This document shows positions 53,500 to 63,273 of a stretch of DNA of 64,000 nucleotides, piece after piece (positions within the stretch are counted from its first letter, which is position 1; every line of letters begins with the position of its first letter). The notes below the pieces were generated by a model. That model saw only the letters and a list, made by a program, of their open reading frames with translations, searched no databases and was not told where the DNA came from. Position numbers and translations under genes: made by a program. The DNA comes from a virus. Lineage: Duplodnaviria; Caudoviricetes. Location: the IMG/VR virus record IMGVR_UViG_3300005611_000001; one strand, 5' to 3'.

Positions 53500-54461
53500 T
53501 GGCACTACTAGATTTTAGCACCACATACAAGCCCTTTCAATACCCCTGGGCTGTAGAGCTTTCGAAGAAGCACGAAGAAGTCCACTGGATCGAAGACGAA
53601 GCAGAACTGTCTGAAGATGTACAGGACTGGAAGACAAAGCTGAGCGAAGATGAGAAAGAGTTTATCACTCATATCCTTCGTCTGTTCACTCAGAGCGATG
53701 TGCAAGTCGGTGAGAACTACCACGAGCTTCTGATTCCGAAGTTTAAGAATAATGAAGTGCGTAATATGCTATCGTCGTTTGCAAGCCGTGAGGCGGTGCA
53801 CCAGCGCGCCTACGCGCTTTTAAACGATACCCTCGGTCTTCCTGACGAGGAATATCACAAGTTTCTAGAGTACAAGGAAATGGCTGATAAGGTCGACTTC
53901 ATGAAAGAAGGCGACATCACTACGCATACAGGCCTTGCGCTCGCGCTGGCTCAGTCGGTCTTTAACGAAGGGCTCGCCGTGTTTGCTTCGTTTGTCATGC
54001 TGCTCAACTTCCAACGTCATGGTAAGATGAAGGGCATGGGCACGATTGTCGAGTGGTCGATCCGTGACGAGACTCTGCATGTTCAAGGCAATGCAAAGCT
54101 GTTCCGCACTTTCTGTGAAGAGCGTCCGCGCATTGTAAATGATGAACTGAAGTCCAAGATTTACGAAATGGCAAGCACTGCAGTCAAGCTTGAAGATAAG
54201 TTTATCAATCTTGCATTCAAAGGCAATGATGTGCAGGGCTTGACCAAAGAAGAAGTGCGCGCATATATAAGACACATTGCTGACCGTCGCTTGCTGCAGC
54301 TTGGTCTCAAGACCAAGTTCAAGCAGAAAGACAATCCTCTACCTTGGCTTGATTGGGTGTTGAATGGTGCTTCTCACGATAATTTCTTTGAGAAGCGTGT
54401 CACCGAGTATTCTGTTGTCGGCATGGAAGGTGATTGGGGTTGGGACGAGGATGCTGCATAA
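53499..54461 (+). CDS. nrdB: Ribonucleotide reductase class I beta subunit
   Basis: FTQSD, EAVHQRAY, FNEGL, SIRDETLH, NFFE. Confidence 0.96.
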   Translation: MALLDFSTTYKPFQYPWAVELSKKHEEVHWIEDEAELSEDVQDWKTKLSEDEKEFITHILRLFTQSDVQVGENYHELLIPKFKNNEVRNMLSSFASREAVHQRAYALLNDTLGLPDEEYHKFLEYKEMADKVDFMKEGDITTHTGLALALAQSVFNEGLAVFASFVMLLNFQRHGKMKGMGTIVEWSIRDETLHVQGNAKLFRTFCEERPRIVNDELKSKIYEMASTAVKLEDKFINLAFKGNDVQGLTKEEVRAYIRHIADRRLLQLGLKTKFKQKDNPLPWLDWVLNGASHDNFFEKRVTEYSVVGMEGDWGWDEDAA

Positions 54462-54605
54462 ATGGAAGAATATCAATACGAAGTCAAATGTGTTTTATGC
54501 AGTACCGAGTTTACAATTATAATAGAAGACGAAGATGAAAAGCCAGTATATTGCCCAATGTGTGGTAGTGAGGCTATCGACGTTGAGCTTGTAGACTTCG
54601 ATTAG
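54462..54605 (+). CDS. 47-aa zinc-ribbon protein (not in ORF track)
   Basis: CVLC ... CPMC. Confidence 0.65.
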   Translation: MEEYQYEVKCVLCSTEFTIIIEDEDEKPVYCPMCGSEAIDVELVDFD

Positions 54606-54609
54606 TTTC

Positions 54610-55029
54610 ATGTGGTATTATAATAATAAAATCTTTGAGCCCACAGAAGACGAGATATCAGCCTATGTGGGCTTTGTTTATGTAATTACTGAACTAGATA
54701 CTAATAAGAAGTATATTGGTAAGAAGTTTTTCTGGGCGATTCGTAAGCTACCGCCACTCAAAGGGCAGAAACGCAAGCGCATCAAGAAAACGATGTCAGA
54801 CTGGAAAGACTACTATGGTAGTTCCGAAGAACTGAAGTCGCTTGTTGAATCAAAAGGTGGTGACGCATATCGTCGAGATATTTTAAAATTATGTAAAACA
54901 AAGGGCGAATGTTCGTATTACGAAGCTAAATATCAGTTTGAGAAGGATGTTTTATTGCGTGATGATTACTATAACGAGTTTATTGGTTGTAAGATTCACT
55001 CAAAACATCTGAAGACTCAAGATTTATAA
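54610..55029 (+). CDS. Free-standing GIY-YIG (Seg-like) endonuclease
   Basis: GFVYVIT..KKYIGKK, YYGSS, YNE. Confidence 0.8.
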   Translation: MWYYNNKIFEPTEDEISAYVGFVYVITELDTNKKYIGKKFFWAIRKLPPLKGQKRKRIKKTMSDWKDYYGSSEELKSLVESKGGDAYRRDILKLCKTKGECSYYEAKYQFEKDVLLRDDYYNEFIGCKIHSKHLKTQDL

Positions 55030-55032
55030 ATA
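55025..55032 (+). promoter_or_regulatory. T4-type late promoter
   Basis: TATAAATA overlapping stop codon. Confidence 0.7.
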
Positions 55033-55057
55033 ACTATATCACTCACTGAGATAAGAA

Positions 55058-55759
55058 ATGTCTCCTATGATTTTAAAATTCTCCTCTTGGATTCGTCATC
55101 TTGACGAAGGTGTCAATGATCCTGCAATCTTTAAAGCAGTGTTTCTTGCAGGTGGTCCTGGCTCTGGTAAATCGTTTATCGTTGGTAAGACTGGTCTGCC
55201 TGCAATGGGCTACAAAGTCGTAAACTCTGACGATGCTTTCGAAGCAGCGATGAAAAAAGCTGGTATGACAATGGATCCCGAGAATATCTTTTCTACTCAA
55301 GGGCAAGAGCTTCGCGGTAAAGCTAAGACTTTGACAGCAAAGAAGCAAGCGACATATATCACTGGTCGGCTTGGTATTGTCGTCGATGGCACTGGTAAAG
55401 ATCCCGACAAGATTGCAAAGCAAGCAATCAACATGCGCGCGCTCGGTTATGATGTGGCTATGATCTTCGTCAATACCGATCTGGAGACGGCTCTGGAGCG
55501 CAATAGAATGCGCGAACGCTCTCTACCCGATGCAGAAGTCGAAAAATACTGGAAAGCTGTTCAGCGCAATACTGGGCGTTTCCAGCAGATGTTTGGCAAG
55601 AATAACTTCCTTGTAGTTGATAACTCTCAAGGCAAAGACTATCAGAAAGAAACTCTTCGTGCTTATCGCGATGTTCAGAAATTCACTAACAAGCCGCCCG
55701 AGAATGAAAAGGCGAAGAAGTGGATTGATCAAGAAAGGCAGAAAGCAAGAAGAGATTGA
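55058..55759 (+). CDS. P-loop kinase (zeta-toxin/AAA_33-like)
   Basis: AGGPGSGKS, VNSD, VVDGTG, lid RNRMRER. Confidence 0.75.
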   Translation: MSPMILKFSSWIRHLDEGVNDPAIFKAVFLAGGPGSGKSFIVGKTGLPAMGYKVVNSDDAFEAAMKKAGMTMDPENIFSTQGQELRGKAKTLTAKKQATYITGRLGIVVDGTGKDPDKIAKQAINMRALGYDVAMIFVNTDLETALERNRMRERSLPDAEVEKYWKAVQRNTGRFQQMFGKNNFLVVDNSQGKDYQKETLRAYRDVQKFTNKPPENEKAKKWIDQERQKARRD

Positions 55760-55784
55760 CAAATCTCAAAATTCATGATAAAAT
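55756..55784 (+). promoter_or_regulatory. Sigma70-like promoter
   Basis: TTGACA-17-TAAAAT with TG extension. Confidence 0.6.
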
Positions 55785-55831
55785 AAAACTCCCCGCGTCA
55801 GGGAACAGAGTATATAATATAGGTGATCATT

Positions 55832-56269
55832 ATGGCAGTATCTGCAAGGAAACTAGAAGTATTCGAAATCTTGGAAAAAGTAGAGAATGCTAAAACAAAA
55901 AAAGACAAGATTGCAGTTCTACAAAAAAACGAAATCATGCCTCTTCTAGATGTTTTGAGAGGGACATTCGACGAAACCATCCAGTGGAATCTACCTGGTG
56001 GCACACCTCCCTACACACCTAATAACGAAGAATCTTATCCTTCGTCTCTTTTAAGACAGCACCGCAACTTTAAATATTTCGTAAAAGGTCTGCGCGAAAG
56101 CAGCAGGCTTAACCCTATTCGTCGCGAGCGTATGTTCATCGACATACTTGAGGCGATACACCCCAAAGATGCTGAACTATTAGTATCTATGATCAATAAA
56201 AAAAGCCCCATGAAAGGATTGACCAAGAGTCTAGTTAAGGAGGCATTTCCGCAGTTGATCCGAGACTAA
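55832..56269 (+). CDS. Conserved T4-like hypothetical protein
   Basis: WNLPGGTPPY, RERMFIDILEAIHPKDAELL, VKEAFP. Confidence 0.7.
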   Translation: MAVSARKLEVFEILEKVENAKTKKDKIAVLQKNEIMPLLDVLRGTFDETIQWNLPGGTPPYTPNNEESYPSSLLRQHRNFKYFVKGLRESSRLNPIRRERMFIDILEAIHPKDAELLVSMINKKSPMKGLTKSLVKEAFPQLIRD

Positions 56270-56313
56270 TTATGATCCAAGTAAAACAAACAGATGTATA
56301 GTAAGGAGCGCCT

Positions 56314-56484
56314 ATGGTCGAATCCAATCAAATTGAGCGATTGAAGAAAGATTCTAGAGAACTTGGACATTATATTCATAAACTGAACAAACGAGGTAAA
56401 ACTGAGATAGCACACAAGATTGCTAAACGACAATCATTTTTAGACGCAGCAATATCTCAGGTAGAATCTCGCGCAAGGGGGTGA
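56314..56484 (+). CDS. 56-aa basic protein (not in ORF track)
   Basis: SD AAGGAG; MVESNQIERLKKDSRELG... Confidence 0.6.
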   Translation: MVESNQIERLKKDSRELGHYIHKLNKRGKTEIAHKIAKRQSFLDAAISQVESRARG

Positions 56485-56497
56485 TCCACATCTAATG

Positions 56498-56528
56498 GTG
56501 AGCCTCGGTTTCGGGGCTCACTTTTTTT
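56498..56528 (+). terminator. Intrinsic terminator
   Basis: GTGAGCCTCG-GTTT-CGGGGCTCAC + T7. Confidence 0.85.
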
Positions 56529-56547
56529 GGATTTACAGGAAACTAAA

Positions 56548-56784
56548 ATGCCATTATATACAATGAGAAACAAGACAACAGGAGAAGTAGAAGACAAGAT
56601 GCTAAAGATTGCTGAAATGCAAGCACTTGTAGAATCAGGTGAATGGGAGCAAATCATTGGTGGCGCTGCTCTCGTTACACACACAGGCAATATTGTTAAT
56701 AAAACACCCGACAGTTGGAAAAGTCATTTGAAAAGCATAAAGAAATCAGCAGGTAGACAAGTCGCAAATACCATTAAGCTATGA
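56548..56784 (+). CDS. FmdB-like small protein without Cys ligands
   Basis: MPLYTMRNKTTGE; start set at ATG 56548. Confidence 0.55.
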   Translation: MPLYTMRNKTTGEVEDKMLKIAEMQALVESGEWEQIIGGAALVTHTGNIVNKTPDSWKSHLKSIKKSAGRQVANTIKL

Positions 56785-57485
56785 CGATGACTAGAAAACA
56801 ACAGAATGGCGAGTCGATGAACATTCGCATCGACGATCTAGTTACTATCGATCCTATCACCGAACATCAGAAAGAAGTATTTGATGCGTGGCGTGATGGT
56901 GATCACATGGCTCTTGTGGGTACAGCAGGTACAGGTAAGACTTTTCTTGGCATGTATCTTGCGCTTGAAGAAGTCATGGACAAAAGCACACCATACGAAT
57001 CACTTCGAATCATTCGCTCAGTCGTACCTACACGAGACGTAGGTTATTTGCCTGGTACGATTGAAGAAAAACTCAATGCATACACAAGCCCTTATCGTGC
57101 AATTGCTGCTGAACTATTTGAAGACGACCGAGCATATGACAAACTTATACATAATAAATATGTGACATTTGAGTCGACCTCGTACATTCGTGGCTTGACA
57201 TTTGATCACAGTATCATCCTTGTTGATGAAATGCAGAATCTAAACTTCCATGAGCTTGACTCTATCATCACACGAGTAGGTCAGGGTTCGAAGATTATCT
57301 TCTGCGGTGATTATCATCAGTCTGACTTCAAGACTGAGAACGATAAGAAAGGCATTAATCAATTTCTAGATATTCTAGAGCAACTTAGGAACTTCTCAAT
57401 TATTCATTTTACATGGGAAGACATTGTACGAAGTGGTCTTGTAAGAGACTACATCATGACAAAGGAATGGATGGGTTTACAATGA
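56781..57485 (+). CDS. phoH: PhoH-like ATPase
   Basis: GTAGTGKT, LPGTIEEK, YIRGLT, DEMQN, GDYHQSD, DIVRS. Confidence 0.93.
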   Translation: MTMTRKQQNGESMNIRIDDLVTIDPITEHQKEVFDAWRDGDHMALVGTAGTGKTFLGMYLALEEVMDKSTPYESLRIIRSVVPTRDVGYLPGTIEEKLNAYTSPYRAIAAELFEDDRAYDKLIHNKYVTFESTSYIRGLTFDHSIILVDEMQNLNFHELDSIITRVGQGSKIIFCGDYHQSDFKTENDKKGINQFLDILEQLRNFSIIHFTWEDIVRSGLVRDYIMTKEWMGLQ

Positions 57486-57928
57486 ACAGAGACGCAGTTT
57501 ACGAGCAACTTAAAATCGACGAAGGTGTAGTGTATGAAATCTACAATGATCACCTCGGCTACCCAACATTTGGAGTCGGTCATCTTATCACAGAAAGTGA
57601 CGAGGAATTCGGACAACCAGTTGGAACTCCAGTTAGTGAAGAAAGAGTCCGGGCGTGTTTTGACCGAGACCTTGAAACTGCCATCGGAGAGTGTCACACT
57701 CTATACGGAGAAGGGGCTTTTGGAGAATTCCCTGACGAAGTACAGCAGGTCTTGGTTAACATGATGTTTAACATGGGTCGCCCGCGCCTGAGCAAGTTCA
57801 AGAAGTTCAATGCTGCACTTGAAGCACACGATTGGGCAACTGCAGCAGTTGAAGGGCGCGACAGTTTGTGGTATAATCAAGTCACGAATCGAGCAGAACG
57901 CTTGATGGAGCGACTGGAGGCAGTATGA
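57482..57928 (+). CDS. T4-type lysozyme (GH24)
   Basis: DEG..YEIYNDHLGYPTFGVGHL (E-x8-D-x5-T), NMMFNMG, WYNQV..RAERL. Confidence 0.88.
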   Translation: MNRDAVYEQLKIDEGVVYEIYNDHLGYPTFGVGHLITESDEEFGQPVGTPVSEERVRACFDRDLETAIGECHTLYGEGAFGEFPDEVQQVLVNMMFNMGRPRLSKFKKFNAALEAHDWATAAVEGRDSLWYNQVTNRAERLMERLEAV

Positions 57929-58020
57929 AACTGAAGCATCCGATCTACAACTGTCAGTTCTGGTCTTATAAGACCAATTTTTTTCTACCCTACGATGAAT
58001 GGCTCAAGGAAACCTGGTAA
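57925..58020 (+). CDS. 31-aa peptide (not in ORF track)
   Basis: SD GGAGG; ATGA overlap with lysozyme stop. Confidence 0.45.
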   Translation: MKLKHPIYNCQFWSYKTNFFLPYDEWLKETW

Positions 58021-58026
58021 TTAATC

Positions 58027-58173
58027 ATGGCAAAAACAGTTAAGACGGGGCAACCTATTCGCCCCGAGCCTACTATCAAATCGACCTCAATTGGTCGAGG
58101 AATGATCAAAACTTCTTCGATGAATAAGAGTAAGCGTCGCAACTACAAAGCATACAGAGGGCAAGGTCGTTAG
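58027..58173 (+). CDS. 48-aa basic peptide (not in ORF track)
   Basis: Ends SSMNKSKRRNYKAYRGQGR. Confidence 0.55.
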   Translation: MAKTVKTGQPIRPEPTIKSTSIGRGMIKTSSMNKSKRRNYKAYRGQGR

Positions 58174-58175
58174 TT

Positions 58176-58346
58176 ATGGCAAAGTACAGTCGGTTTGATT
58201 CCCGAAACAAGAAGCGCAATAAGCATAAGAATCAATATCTTGACAGAGGCAGATCCAATGCCGATGTCAAGCGCCCAAAATATCTTGACGAAGATGAAAC
58301 ACTCTACGAGAAGTATAGGCTAGAAAAGCTATCAAATCTATATTGA
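58176..58346 (+). CDS. 56-aa basic peptide (not in ORF track)
   Basis: MAKYSRFDSRNKKRNKHK...; tiled. Confidence 0.55.
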   Translation: MAKYSRFDSRNKKRNKHKNQYLDRGRSNADVKRPKYLDEDETLYEKYRLEKLSNLY

Positions 58347-58347
58347 C

Positions 58348-59211
58348 ATGAAACTTGAACTATATCATGATCCTTTGAAAGGTCACCCTTATCTTTTTAC
58401 TTATGGAAATGAAGTAGATTGGAAAGGAACCGAAGGCGTAGGCGACATTCTTTTTGGAATGAATGCTGTACACATGATGACGCATTTGATTCGAAAGCGA
58501 AGATCGCTTAAGCAAATGCAGATGAATGTTTTCTGGCAGCATGATGATAAATTTCTTTTTCACTTCGAAGACCCAGAAACAATAGCTGAGCGTGGCGATT
58601 ATCTACATTCTTTCTATCACGATTCAGATGCTGTGCATATAAATCATATTTTTAATTCTACTGATTATGAAATAGCAAGGCTTCGTCACAGAGGATTTCA
58701 AAGACAAGTGGGTAACATGCAAGTGCTTGACGGAATACCAACGTGGGCGTTTCGTCGTGATGCATGGTGTCTCAATCCTAACCCAAAGAAAGTTGTGTTC
58801 TGGAGACCACTTTTCAATAAAGCACCGCCGTGGGGTTGGAAAAGATCGTTTGATGACAATGATTGGGAAAAAATATTAGATATTCTAGACAGCAAAGGCT
58901 TTACTCTGACAGAAATCACTTATCGAACTCCTGTCAGAGAAGCCTTTTATCATATTAACACCAGTAGATTTTGCATTTTTTATGATGGCATGTGGCAATA
59001 CATTGCGAAGAATTTGTGCAAGCCTGTAATTTCTTTAGGCGATAGCACAATCGCAAAAGTACACAGCCCACAGTGTTTACACTTTAAAAAAGCTGATGAC
59101 AAACGAGATAATCTCTTTGATTTCTTGATAGATATGCCAAACAGTCTGAAAAGACTTGACCACGTGGCGAATAAATATCGTAAATTCATTCTAAGTGAGT
59201 TGCAGTTATGA
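58348..59211 (+). CDS. Glycosyltransferase-like protein (GT-B/GT9-like)
   Basis: GVGDILF, FCIFYDGMWQYIAKNLCKPVISL. Confidence 0.45.
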   Translation: MKLELYHDPLKGHPYLFTYGNEVDWKGTEGVGDILFGMNAVHMMTHLIRKRRSLKQMQMNVFWQHDDKFLFHFEDPETIAERGDYLHSFYHDSDAVHINHIFNSTDYEIARLRHRGFQRQVGNMQVLDGIPTWAFRRDAWCLNPNPKKVVFWRPLFNKAPPWGWKRSFDDNDWEKILDILDSKGFTLTEITYRTPVREAFYHINTSRFCIFYDGMWQYIAKNLCKPVISLGDSTIAKVHSPQCLHFKKADDKRDNLFDFLIDMPNSLKRLDHVANKYRKFILSELQL

Positions 59212-60176
59212 AAATTGATAGAGCAGTAATTGAAATTCAAGGCGGTTGTAATTATTCTTGTAGCATGTGCCCTCAAGATATGAGAACTGGTGGTCGAGAA
59301 AAATCTTTCATTACCAAAATGTCGCTGATGGAATTTGAAGACAATGTGCGTGACTGCGCAAAGCACGGGCTGCGTGTTGTAAATCTAGAAGGCTCGGGCG
59401 AACCTACACTGAATCGCCAATTGTTCGAATATATTAAGATTGTCAAGAAGTACAATGCCAAAGCATTTGCATTCTCTAATGGGTTGCGTATGCACGGCGA
59501 CTATATGAAACAGTGCGTTGATGCAGGGTTAGACTTCTTTCGTTTTTCCTTTATTGGTTCAACGCCCGACGAATATAATCAATGGATGTATAACACAAAA
59601 GGTGGGAACTTCGAAACCATTTTTAATAACATTACCGAAATGCAAAAGTATGTAGAAGAGTCTGGCAGCGATTGTGTAGTTGCAACTTATCATTTGATTA
59701 CAGAAGAAGATGTGAATGCACAAGAACTGCAACTAAATAGGTACAAAGAATTAGTGGCTGCTCTTGGTGTGAAGACAGAAATTTGGAAACTTCACAACTG
59801 GAGTGGTGTATACAAACCTACTTACGAAAGAGAGGGTAAAGTAAAAACTTGTGGACGCCCATTTAGCCCTGATGTTGTTATTCGTGCTGGTGGTATTGAC
59901 GGCAAACGGGGTGCTGTTGCTCCTTGCTGTCAAGTTCTCGGCCGAGACTCAGAAGCAGTCCTTGGTCACACGAGCGAGTTATCCATTCAGGAAATTGTCG
60001 AAGGTCCAGAGTACGAAGCGCTAAGAGAAGGGCATCGTACAGGCAACTATCCTGACTATTGTAAATCGTGCGACTTTTTGATTGACGATCCTGAAGTGCT
60101 TGTGTATACGAATCATGAGCGCGATCTTTATAAAATGCATGGTACAGAATTCGATCTGAACGATTACCGTGTCTAA
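59208..60176 (+). CDS. Radical SAM / SPASM-twitch protein
   Basis: CNYSCSMC; GSGEPTL; C-terminal CGRPF, PCC, CKSC. Confidence 0.85.
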   Translation: MKIDRAVIEIQGGCNYSCSMCPQDMRTGGREKSFITKMSLMEFEDNVRDCAKHGLRVVNLEGSGEPTLNRQLFEYIKIVKKYNAKAFAFSNGLRMHGDYMKQCVDAGLDFFRFSFIGSTPDEYNQWMYNTKGGNFETIFNNITEMQKYVEESGSDCVVATYHLITEEDVNAQELQLNRYKELVAALGVKTEIWKLHNWSGVYKPTYEREGKVKTCGRPFSPDVVIRAGGIDGKRGAVAPCCQVLGRDSEAVLGHTSELSIQEIVEGPEYEALREGHRTGNYPDYCKSCDFLIDDPEVLVYTNHERDLYKMHGTEFDLNDYRV

Positions 60177-60801
60177 AGATATCGAACTACCAGAAGTTTG
60201 GATGATTGCTATTACTGGCAATCCGATTTCCGAATATTATAAAGTTCGAATGGCTCCTTACTGGGAGCGCGAAGGCTTCAAAGTAAATACATTTGAAGCT
60301 GTAGTTCCTGAAACTTTACACTTACAAAAAGATTTAGTTTTTGGAAGTAAGTTTTCTTTTAAGACTGAGAAGTATAGAAGGTTTACAAGAACTGAGCTTG
60401 CGATTTGGTACAGTCATTATAACACATGGAAAATGTGTTGGGAATTGCAGAAACCAATTATTGTGACGGAGCATGATGTAAGACCCTGTACAGAATATCA
60501 TTACAAAAAATTCCCTCATGAAGCAGTATATAAACACGATATCTGCTGCCTTGCTCATGATCATAGGGGATTTAAAAAAGGTGGAGAAAGAATATGGGCT
60601 AAATTAGCAGGTGGTGCATATTACATAACCCCAAATGGAGCTAGAGAGCTTTTAAAAGCTAGAAACATTCGCCCAAAAATACAGTACAACTCAGATGCAT
60701 GGATACATAGAACATGTGACAAATTTGGTCATTGGGCACCAGAAATCTGCACACAGTTTAAAAACCCTAAAGTTGGTTATACGATTGAGCATAAATCATG
60801 A
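60169..60801 (+). CDS. Glycosyltransferase family 25-like protein
   Basis: AIWYSHYNTW, IIVTEHD, GAYYITPNGA. Confidence 0.65.
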   Translation: MSKDIELPEVWMIAITGNPISEYYKVRMAPYWEREGFKVNTFEAVVPETLHLQKDLVFGSKFSFKTEKYRRFTRTELAIWYSHYNTWKMCWELQKPIIVTEHDVRPCTEYHYKKFPHEAVYKHDICCLAHDHRGFKKGGERIWAKLAGGAYYITPNGARELLKARNIRPKIQYNSDAWIHRTCDKFGHWAPEICTQFKNPKVGYTIEHKS

Positions 60802-61589
60802 AAAGACTAATCTATCAAGTATGTTTAGGTAATGCAAAAAATTCAAAGCTTTATAAAAAGTGTATTGAAAGTGTTGCACATTACAGTAAAAAGCACGGTT
60901 TCGATCATTATGTGCAACAAACTCCTATTTTAAAAATAAGGCCAGATATTTTTACGATGAATCGCAGTAAAGAATCGTTCGAAAAACATGGCGGTTATTT
61001 ACCCATCTACGAAAAAGAAAACGCCTTTGATCGTCTTGACGAGTATGATCAAATTGCTATCATTGACGCTGACATCTATATTCGACCAGATGCTCCTAAT
61101 ATTTTCGAAGACTTTGGTACACACAAAGCGTTTGGCGCAGTTGTTGAGCGCGAAATGCCAATCACGCAAGAATATAAAAGAAAGATCATTCAATACTCTG
61201 CGATGCAATATACACCTTTATACAAAAAAGTAGATTTCAAAAATAATTCGTTGGGCTTCGAATTTTTTAACATGGGCATGATTTTGATCAATAGCAAATT
61301 GTTCAAGCCATATCTAAATAATCAAACAGCAAAGCAGTTTATCGAACGGGCAGAATTTAAAGATTTTGTTGATGGTATAGGTGCATGGAAGTGGAGCACC
61401 GATCAAACACTATTGAACTATTTCATTAAGAAGTATAATGTACCAGTTAAGAAAATGCATTGGAAATGGAACGGTTTATACACAGCAAATTATCAAATTG
61501 AAGAATGTCATTTTGTTCATTTCTTTTTGAAAGATAAACTTCCAAATCGTGGTGAAAATGTCGAAGAACTTATGAAGGAAATCGAATGA
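60798..61589 (+). CDS. Glycosyltransferase family 8-like protein
   Basis: IIDAD, FFNMGMILIN, DQTLLNY, WKWN, FVHF. Confidence 0.75.
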   Translation: MKRLIYQVCLGNAKNSKLYKKCIESVAHYSKKHGFDHYVQQTPILKIRPDIFTMNRSKESFEKHGGYLPIYEKENAFDRLDEYDQIAIIDADIYIRPDAPNIFEDFGTHKAFGAVVEREMPITQEYKRKIIQYSAMQYTPLYKKVDFKNNSLGFEFFNMGMILINSKLFKPYLNNQTAKQFIERAEFKDFVDGIGAWKWSTDQTLLNYFIKKYNVPVKKMHWKWNGLYTANYQIEECHFVHFFLKDKLPNRGENVEELMKEIE

Positions 61590-62692
61590 CAAGTTACGAA
61601 GAGAAGACACAGAAGTACAGCACTTGGGGTGACAAATATCTTCAGCATACTGATGTGTTGTATTCTATTCAGTACGAAGATACTTTTAAGCCTATTAATG
61701 TGCAGTTGTGTCTTTGCGAAGTCTGTGACAGTGACTGCCCATTCTGTTCTGTGGCTGCACGACCACTAAAGAGCTACATTGAGTGGGGTAAATTAGTCAA
61801 GCTTCTAGAAGATTTTCGTTCGCTCGGAGCAAAAGCATTAGAGATTACTGGTGGTGGTAATCCAATGCTCTATCGTGACAAAGCAGCAAAAAAAGATATC
61901 AATGATGTTGTGAGACTTGCTGCACATTTAGGGTTCGATGTAGGTATTATCACAAATACGGAAAAGCTTGAGCGTCATTTAAAACCAGAAGTCTACGATT
62001 CTATCAATTGGATTCGCGTCAGTCTAATCAAGCTTGACGAAGGAAAAGCGCCTGAAGACTATGACTTTGGTTCTTTCCCGAAAGACAAGATTGGTCTTAG
62101 CTATATTATTTACGATAGCACAAATGGTGTGCCCGACGAACTGTCAAGAACAAACAAACCATATGTCGGTACAACCGTCGAGTCGATTCAAAGAATTGCT
62201 AAACTTATCGAACTGAATCCAGAAATCAAATTCTGTCGCATTGGTGGTAACGCGCTAGTCGAAGGATATCAAAGAGAAATTCAAAATAGATTTAGAAGTG
62301 TTGTCGAAGAAATTGATGTACAGTCTAAATTCTTTATTAAAGATGTTTGGGACAACTGCAAGCCGTTCGACGATGGCTGCTATGTAGGCTTGACTCGCCC
62401 ATATATTGCGCCGCATCCCGAAGGTGGTGATTATCAAGTGTATGTCTGTACGAGTCACGTTCTGGAAAAGCGCACATATGATCTAGAGTTTTCTCTAGGC
62501 AGCATCGATGATGTTATTGACATTTGGAAAAACTGCAACATCGAATATGCTAAAACTGGCATTCCGTATCGTATTCGAAACAGCGACGATGGCTGGACTA
62601 AAGCATGCCCTAATTGTTTCTATTATAACAACAACCGTTTGCTTCATACAGTTGCGCAACGCATGGACATAAATGATAGGAACTTTGCTTAA
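61586..62692 (+). CDS. Radical SAM protein
   Basis: CDSDCPFC, ITGGGNP, C-terminal CYVG..CTSH..CPNC. Confidence 0.8.
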   Translation: MTSYEEKTQKYSTWGDKYLQHTDVLYSIQYEDTFKPINVQLCLCEVCDSDCPFCSVAARPLKSYIEWGKLVKLLEDFRSLGAKALEITGGGNPMLYRDKAAKKDINDVVRLAAHLGFDVGIITNTEKLERHLKPEVYDSINWIRVSLIKLDEGKAPEDYDFGSFPKDKIGLSYIIYDSTNGVPDELSRTNKPYVGTTVESIQRIAKLIELNPEIKFCRIGGNALVEGYQREIQNRFRSVVEEIDVQSKFFIKDVWDNCKPFDDGCYVGLTRPYIAPHPEGGDYQVYVCTSHVLEKRTYDLEFSLGSIDDVIDIWKNCNIEYAKTGIPYRIRNSDDGWTKACPNCFYYNNNRLLHTVAQRMDINDRNFA

Positions 62693-63273
62693 TGTATAAT
62701 GAAGATTATTACAAAACAAATAACTATAAAGATTATTTGATTCGTGGTGAAGGTCCTCATTATAAAATTATGGCAGAAGAAATAACAAGTCTGCTCAAAA
62801 AACTTTGTCGCCCTCACGACACAATACTAGATTTCGGGTGTGCGGTTGGATTTTTTATGCAAGCAGTCGCTCCGTATGCAAAGACAGTTGACGGAGTTGA
62901 CTTGTCCAAATGGGCAAGGGGTGAATGTAAAAAGAAAGGATTCTCAGTGACAGAAGAAGTCATGTGGGAAAGAGAATATGATGTAGTATACGGGCTAGAT
63001 GTATTAGAGCATTTACCTGAAGATGAGCTTGTGAATTTTTTCGAAAACATAAAAGCAAAAACCGTCGTTTATAAAATTCCAGTTTGTAATGAAACTGAAG
63101 GCAAATATGTGTTAGAATGTGCAGAAGTAGATCCAACACACCTCATTCGTTGGACTAAAACTGACTGGAGAAAATTCTTCGAATATTATGGCTATTATTG
63201 TTTAGATGTAAATCTTGACAAAATATACTCAAGTGAAGGTGGTTTTTGTGGTATTGCGATCAAACAAACTTAA
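62692..63273 (+). CDS. Class I SAM-dependent methyltransferase
   Basis: ILDFGCAVG, DGVDLS, DVLEHL. Confidence 0.85.
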   Translation: MYNEDYYKTNNYKDYLIRGEGPHYKIMAEEITSLLKKLCRPHDTILDFGCAVGFFMQAVAPYAKTVDGVDLSKWARGECKKKGFSVTEEVMWEREYDVVYGLDVLEHLPEDELVNFFENIKAKTVVYKIPVCNETEGKYVLECAEVDPTHLIRWTKTDWRKFFEYYGYYCLDVNLDKIYSSEGGFCGIAIKQT

